Shown one piece after another: positions 58,386 through 64,000 of a stretch of DNA of 64,000 bases. The position numbers and the translations under genes were made by a program. The DNA comes from Mobula hypostoma (lineage: Eukaryota). The notes under the pieces are model-generated. The model was given only the letters and a program-made list of their open reading frames with translations. It was not told the DNA's origin and did no database searches. Numbering within the stretch: the stretch's first letter is position 1; each line of letters opens with the position of its first letter. Where the stretch lies: the NCBI RefSeq assembly GCF_963921235.1, contig NC_086097.1, positions 247,630,001-247,694,000 on the forward strand, in the 5' to 3' direction.

Positions 58386-58511
58386 ATGTCTTGACTTTAA
58401 ATTTCTTCCACATGCAATAGATGTCCTAGGGAGAACATGTCTCTCTTATTCCTGTGTTCTTTAAATTTTCACATTACGTCCTATATAATCAAGCCATTAA
58501 TTTGTCTGCGT

Positions 58512-58777
58512 TCTGAGGAAAAATTTCTTCACACAGGGAGTGGTGAATCTGTGGAATTCTCTGCCACAGGAAACAGTTGAGGCCAGTTCATTGGCTATGT
58601 TTAAGAGGGAGTTAGATATGGCCCTTGTGGCTAAAGGGATCAGGGGGTATGGAGAGAAGGCAGGTACAGGGTTCTCAGTTGGATGATCAGCCACGATCAT
58701 ACTGACTGGCGGTGCAGGCTCGAAGGGTCGAATGGCCTACTCCTGCACCTATTTTCTATGTTTCTATGTTCCTATGA
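58512..58777 (+). mobile_element. CR1 3' end, same subfamily as 9166-10725
   Basis: Near-identical reverse complement of 9170-9430; (TTTCTATG)n tail. Confidence 0.9.
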
Positions 58778-59299
58778 ATCATCTATAAATTATGACCATA
58801 TAAGTTATTAATTTGTATCTCAAAGACGTGTGAATCCAACACAATATCAGGGAACACTACCACCTTCTATTCTCCATGGCCCTTCAATACTCTGGGTCTG
58901 AAAATTACTGACTAATTATACCGAGATGCTCTGATTCACTCTGGAGTGTCCTCATGTAACTCAGCGGCCACTTTATTAACAGGACATCATCAACGACCTC
59001 CATCAAGGACCCCCTCCTCCACCCCACCACCCAGCTCATGCTCTCTTCTTGCTGCTGCCATTCAAAAGGAGGTACAAAAGCCCTTGGCTCCACACCACCA
59101 GGCTCAAGAATAGTTGTTACCCTTCAGAAAATAGGCTCCTGAACCAGCGTGAATAACTTCACACATTCCAACACTGAACTGATCACTGAACTCAGCTGGT
59201 GGACTCACTTCAAAGACTACATCTCATGTTCTCAGTATTATTTATCCATCTATCTATCTGTCTGTCTATCTATCTATATATCTATTTATTATTATATTT

Positions 59300-60582
59300 T
59301 TATTTTTTCTCAGCTCAAGCTGGTAAAACCTGAGGTACGGGCATGGACAAGCACACTCAGTTCTCAATTGCTGGGAACTTTCAGACTATTCTAATGGTGT
59401 TTAGTATTGTGGCTTTCTGGAGATTTACATAGATATTACTGTGTACCCTTGATTGTTTACACAATAGGACTTTGGGATGATAGCAGTTGTAGATACTACT
59501 ATTGGGACAATGTATACCCTGTTCATGTTCCATAGTCTTTCAATTTCCTCTTTTAATTCAGCATATTTCTGGTGTTTTTTCTCTTATTGATTTCTGTAAG
59601 TTATGTGTGTTTGAAATGGCTGTATCTATTAAATAAGTTGTTCTTGCTTGTTTATCCTGTATTATTATATCCGGACAGCTATTATGGATTGTCCTATCTG
59701 CAATAATGGATCAGTTGTAATATAATTTGTGGGACTCTGGCTCTAAAACTGAATCAGGCTTGTTTTTTATAGTAAGTTATGGTCTCTTTTTTAAGTTTGT
59801 ATTTTAAAGCAAGATTTTAGTGAATGATGTTTGTCACTTGATTGTGCCTATGTAAGTAAACAGATTGAGTTAAACTGTTACAGAATCCTGTAATGTGTTG
59901 GATTGTTCTGGTCTTCCTTGGTATTTTCTACATTTATCGCCCTGAGTTTATTGGTCTTTTATTATGTATCTTTGATAATGTTTGTGTTAACCACCTGGTC
60001 CTGTATTGCCACAAGGAATCCCCGTTTCTTCTCCAACTCTGAGTCAGGTGTTCAACACTTCCTTGTCGACAGATAGTCTGCTCAGATCGTGGAGACGTCT
60101 TCCATGGAGGATCATGCTCTTCAATTGGTTAACGTTTTCTTCAATAGTGATAATGTCTTCGTTTTTCTGGGTTGTGCTCTCATTTAGTTTTAGTGGTGTA
60201 TACTTCTTTTCAGAATTGCATATGCTCCCGTGGAGTACTGAGTCCTGTTTTTTGTTGATGAAAATACTGTATATCCTTAGAAGTTGTATCTGACTGTTAT
60301 GTAGATTTTTAATGTCTGTTATTCCTCTTCTTCCTTCTGTCCTAGATAGTTTTAATCTGAGCGTGCTAGAGTATAGATAATATTTCCTGAAATTTATCAT
60401 TTCATTCTTATTTTTCTGTATACATTTTCCAGATCAGTTTCAGATATTATGTCAAAAGAGTATGTTAATACAGGTAAAGCCTTTGTTATATTTTTACTGT
60501 TGAGCTCTGTGTGGCAGATTTTCTTAAGCCTTGAAGTAAATTCTGTTAAAGTTTTTCCTTTTCCACACTATGATCTATTTTA
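59300..60582 (-). mobile_element. R4/Dong-clade non-LTR retrotransposon 3' half (RT thumb, CCHC region, RLE), decayed
   Basis: RLKLSRTEGRRGI, MILHGR, DKCRK (CCHC region), RTIHNSCPDIIIQDK...YLIDTAI (PD..D catalytic region), LQKATILNTIRIV at the C-terminus. Confidence 0.85.
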
Positions 60583-60746
60583 TAGATAATAGACAATTAG
60601 TGCAGGAGTAGGCCATTCGGCCCTTCGAGACAGCACCGCCATTCACTGTGATCATGGCTGATCATCCACAATCAGTATCCATTTCCTGCCTTATCCCCAT
60701 AACCTTTGATTCCGCTATCATTAAGAGCTCTATCCAGCTCTTTCTT
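60583..60746 (-). mobile_element. CR1 3' end, cut by the L1 insertion
   Basis: TGCAGGAGTAGGCCATTCGGCCCTTCGAG tail as at 9194; breaks at CTCTTTCTT. Confidence 0.82.
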
Positions 60747-63700
60747 TTCTTTCTTTTTCTTTTTAAATCTTTTTATTGAGTAAGTATACAAAAAAGGTAA
60801 GCCATATAAACATTAATACAATGTTAAAGTATAATAAAATTCCAAAAGATAACAATACCAAAAAGAAAATACTACAAACAATGTAATTTAAGCATAAGAA
60901 ACCAAGATAACATAATAGTATACTAGATTTTATATATATCAATGGAAAAAAAAGAAAAAAAAACCCCAAAAAAAAACCCACCGTGCAACTAACTAAAAGC
61001 AAAGCAAAGCAATGGGCTAACTTGAAACCAAACAGAGTTAAACTTAAAATCACGTCCTCAATCCCGACCTCCATTAAAACAGTGAAAAAAAAACAAGAAG
61101 GGTAAATATTACATTAAATGAAAATATCGAATAAAAGGTCCCCAAATCTGTTCAAATTTAAATGAAGAATCATAAAGGTTACTTCTAATTTTCTCCAGAT
61201 TCAAACATAAAATCGTCTGAGAAAACCAAAAAAAGGTAGTTGGAGCATTAAGCTCTTTCCAATGTTGTAAAATACATCTTTTCGCCATTAAAGTAAGAAA
61301 TGCAATCATTCTACGGGCTGAAGGGGAAAGATTACTAGAAATTTTAGGTAGTCCAAAGATAGCAGTAATAGGGTGAGGAGAGATATCTATATTTAATACC
61401 TTAGAAATAATATTGAAAATATCTCTCCAAAAAGTTTCCAAAGTAGGGCAAGACCAAAACATATGAGTTAAAGAGGCTATCTGCCCCGAACATCTATCAC
61501 AGAAAGGATTAATATGCGAGTAAAAACGCGCTAACTTATCTTTGGACATATGTGCTCTATGCACCACTTTAAATTGAATTAGGGAATGTTTAGCACAAAT
61601 AGAAGAAGTATTAACTAATTGTAAAATCTGCCCCCAATCATCCACAGAAATGGTAAGCCCCAATTCCTGTTCCCAATTTACCCTAATCTTATCAAATGGA
61701 GCTTTCCTAAGTTTCATAATAATATTATAAATCATAGCCGATGCACCTTTCTGACATGGATTAAGGTTAATTATCGAATCTAAAATATATATAGGAGGAA
61801 GCATTGGAAAGGAAGAAAGTATAGTACTTAGGAAATTTCTAACTTGTAAATATCTAAAAAAATGTATTCTTGATAAGTTATATTTATTAGATAATTGTTC
61901 AAAAGACATAAGGGAACCATCTAAAAATAAATCCAAAAACCGTAAAATACCCTTAGTCTTCCAAGTTTGAAAAGCGCGATCCGTAAAAGAGGGAGGAAAA
62001 AATATGTTACCTAAAATAGGAATCGCTAACCCGAATTGATTAAGATCAAAAAATTTTCTGAATTGAAACCAAATACGCAAAGCATATTTAACGATCGGGT
62101 TAGAGATCTGCTTAAGGCGTTTCGAATCAAAAGGAAGAGATGAACCTAAAATAGAACCAAGTGTATAACCCTGAACAGATTGTAATTCCAATGCTACCCA
62201 TTTAGGAATAGATAGTATATCCCGGTCAAGTAACCAAAATTTCATATGTCGAATATTAATAGCCCAATAATAAAATCTAAAGTTAGGTAATGCTAAACCT
62301 CCATCTCTCTTAGCTTTCTGTAAATGTATTTTACCCAGTCTCGGATTCTTATTCTGCCAAATAAATGAAGAAATTTTAGAGTCGACTTTATCAAAAAAAG
62401 ATTTAGGAACGAAAATTGGTAATGCCTGAAACACATATAAAAATTTTGGCAAAAAAAACATCTTAACTGCATTAATACGACCAATCAAAGTTAAATATAA
62501 GGGAAACCATTTAGATGAAAGTTGAGTAATATGGTCTATTAATGGTAAAAAGTTAGTCTTAAATAAATCTTTATGTTTACAAGTAATTTTAATCCCAAGA
62601 TATGAAAGGTAATTATTAATCAATTTAAATGGAAATTTATAATATAAGGGAAGATGTTTATTAATCGGAAAAAGTTCACTCTTACTAAGATTTAATTTAT
62701 AACCTGAGAAAAGACCAAATTGTGCTAATAACTCTAAAACAGCAGGAATAGATCTCTCAGGATTAGAAATATATAAAAGTAAATCATCAGCATAGAGTGA
62801 TAATTTATGGGACTTTAATCCCCGAGTTATCCCAGTAATATTTGAAGATTCTCGAATAGCAATTGCAAGAGGTTCTAATGCAATATCAAATAATAGGGGA
62901 CTAAGAGGACAGCCTTGTCGAGTACCACGAAAGAGAGGAAAAAAAGGTGAATTTAAAGAGTTAGTACGAACCGAGGCTAGAGGGGAGTGATATAACAGTT
63001 TAATCCAGGATATAAATTTCAAGCTAAAATTAAACATTTCAAGCACCTTAAATAAATAAGGCCATTCTACTCTATCAAAAGCTTTCTCGGCATCTAAAGA
63101 AATAACACACTCAGGAACATTTTGTGAGGGAGTATAAACGATATTTAACAATGTACGAATATTATAAAAAGAGTAACGACCTTTAATAAAACCCGTTTGG
63201 TCTTCCGAAATAATAGAAGGAAGTACTTTTTCTAGTCTATTTGCTAATAACTTAGAAAAAACTTTAGAATCAACATTTAATAAAGATATTGGTCTATAAG
63301 ATGCACATTGAGCAGGGTCTTTATCCTTCTTTAGTATTAAAGAAATTGATGCTCTATTAAAAGATTCCGGAAGTTTACCAAGTTTCAAAGAAGCCTCAAA
63401 CACCTTATAGAGCCAAGGAATCAATAAAGAAACAAAACATTTGTAAAATTCAACAGTAAACCCATCAGGGCCAGGAGCTTTCCCCAGATTCATAGAAAAA
63501 ATAACATTCTTAATCTCATCCATTGTAATGGAAGTATCTAATAAAGAAGACATATCCTGTGAAATCTGAGGAAAGTCTAACTTATCTAAAAAATCATTCA
63601 TATATTTAGAATCTCGAGGAGACTCTGATTGATATAAAGAAGAATAAAAATCACAAAAGGTTTGATTAATCCCCACATGATCCAATATCAATCGATCATT

Positions 63701-64000
63701 TTGGTTATAAATCTGATTGATTTGAGATTTAACATAATTAGATTTCAATTGATTAGCCAGCAGCTTGCCAATTTTATCACTGTGAACATAAAAATCACTT
63801 CTTGTTTTCTTTAATTGGTTTACAATCGAGGACGAGAGTAGTAAACTGTGTTCCATTTGAAGTTCAGTTCTTTGTTTGTATAGCTCCTCAGAAGGAGCCA
63901 TAACATATTTCTTATCAATTTCTTTAATCTTGTCCACAATTGCCATCTCCTCCTGCTTCTGTTTCTTCCTCAAAGCAACGGAATACGAAATAATCTGACC
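60747..64000 (-). mobile_element. L1-clade LINE, young, continuing beyond the right edge; 3' UTR, AATAAA and A-rich tail present
   Basis: AATAAA at 60772-60777 (minus strand), A-rich tail ~60747-60764, uninterrupted ORF2 segment. Confidence 0.95.
61109..64000 (-). CDS. L1 ORF2 protein, partial (linker, reverse transcriptase, C-terminal cysteine-rich domain); endonuclease lies outside the window
   Basis: 954-aa ORF that stays open to the edge (GQIISYS...). KAPGPDGF, SYRPISLLN, DQTGFIKGR, SLDAEKAFDRVEW, GTRQGCPLSPLLF, LYADDLL, CDRC...HMFWSC. Confidence 0.95.
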   Translation of the reverse strand, partial: GQIISYSVALRKKQKQEEMAIVDKIKEIDKKYVMAPSEELYKQRTELQMEHSLLLSSSIVNQLKKTRSDFYVHSDKIGKLLANQLKSNYVKSQINQIYNQNDRLILDHVGINQTFCDFYSSLYQSESPRDSKYMNDFLDKLDFPQISQDMSSLLDTSITMDEIKNVIFSMNLGKAPGPDGFTVEFYKCFVSLLIPWLYKVFEASLKLGKLPESFNRASISLILKKDKDPAQCASYRPISLLNVDSKVFSKLLANRLEKVLPSIISEDQTGFIKGRYSFYNIRTLLNIVYTPSQNVPECVISLDAEKAFDRVEWPYLFKVLEMFNFSLKFISWIKLLYHSPLASVRTNSLNSPFFPLFRGTRQGCPLSPLLFDIALEPLAIAIRESSNITGITRGLKSHKLSLYADDLLLYISNPERSIPAVLELLAQFGLFSGYKLNLSKSELFPINKHLPLYYKFPFKLINNYLSYLGIKITCKHKDLFKTNFLPLIDHITQLSSKWFPLYLTLIGRINAVKMFFLPKFLYVFQALPIFVPKSFFDKVDSKISSFIWQNKNPRLGKIHLQKAKRDGGLALPNFRFYYWAINIRHMKFWLLDRDILSIPKWVALELQSVQGYTLGSILGSSLPFDSKRLKQISNPIVKYALRIWFQFRKFFDLNQFGLAIPILGNIFFPPSFTDRAFQTWKTKGILRFLDLFLDGSLMSFEQLSNKYNLSRIHFFRYLQVRNFLSTILSSFPMLPPIYILDSIINLNPCQKGASAMIYNIIMKLRKAPFDKIRVNWEQELGLTISVDDWGQILQLVNTSSICAKHSLIQFKVVHRAHMSKDKLARFYSHINPFCDRCSGQIASLTHMFWSCPTLETFWRDIFNIISKVLNIDISPHPITAIFGLPKISSNLSPSARRMIAFLTLMAKRCILQHWKELNAPTTFFWFSQTILCLNLEKIRSNLYDSSFKFEQIWGPFIRYFHLM

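Noticed and set aside
60763..61074. Hydrophobic 103-aa ORF suggesting a membrane protein
   Set aside because: It is the T-rich 3' UTR of the L1; the Phe/Leu richness is compositional.

Overview
This is eukaryotic, repeat-dominated genomic DNA (intronic or intergenic). The repeat inventory points to a cartilaginous fish, most likely a batoid (ray or stingray); this is inference from repeat types, not a database result. Most of the window is nested transposons: many CR1 and Rex1/Babar LINE copies, a near full-length decayed RTE LINE (12.9-16.9 kb), an L1 with an uninterrupted ORF2 segment running off the right edge, a decayed R4/Dong element, an internally deleted HERO element, Penelope-like pLTR fragments with minimal hammerhead ribozymes, two Gypsy-type solo LTRs, a Gypsy LTR-gag-protease remnant, Tc1 and hAT MITEs, and tRNA-derived SINEs. 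A 2.3 kb GC-rich 31-bp minisatellite near the start explains the long overlapping ORFs there. A few unique islands have plausible splice signals, but I cannot name a host gene. I found no convincing new protein system. The best candidates for undescribed biology are: (i) an RTE LINE with a local set of non-autonomous dependents, including a tRNA+CORE+bipartite-RTE SINE whose parts map onto that LINE; (ii) a minisatellite that is effectively an array of Pol III B-box motifs; (iii) a perfect 101-bp inverted duplication inside an old CR1; (iv) hairpin-shaped Penelope insertions truncated inside the hammerhead core; (v) a bipartite HERO. Many element boundaries are approximate because they were read by eye.
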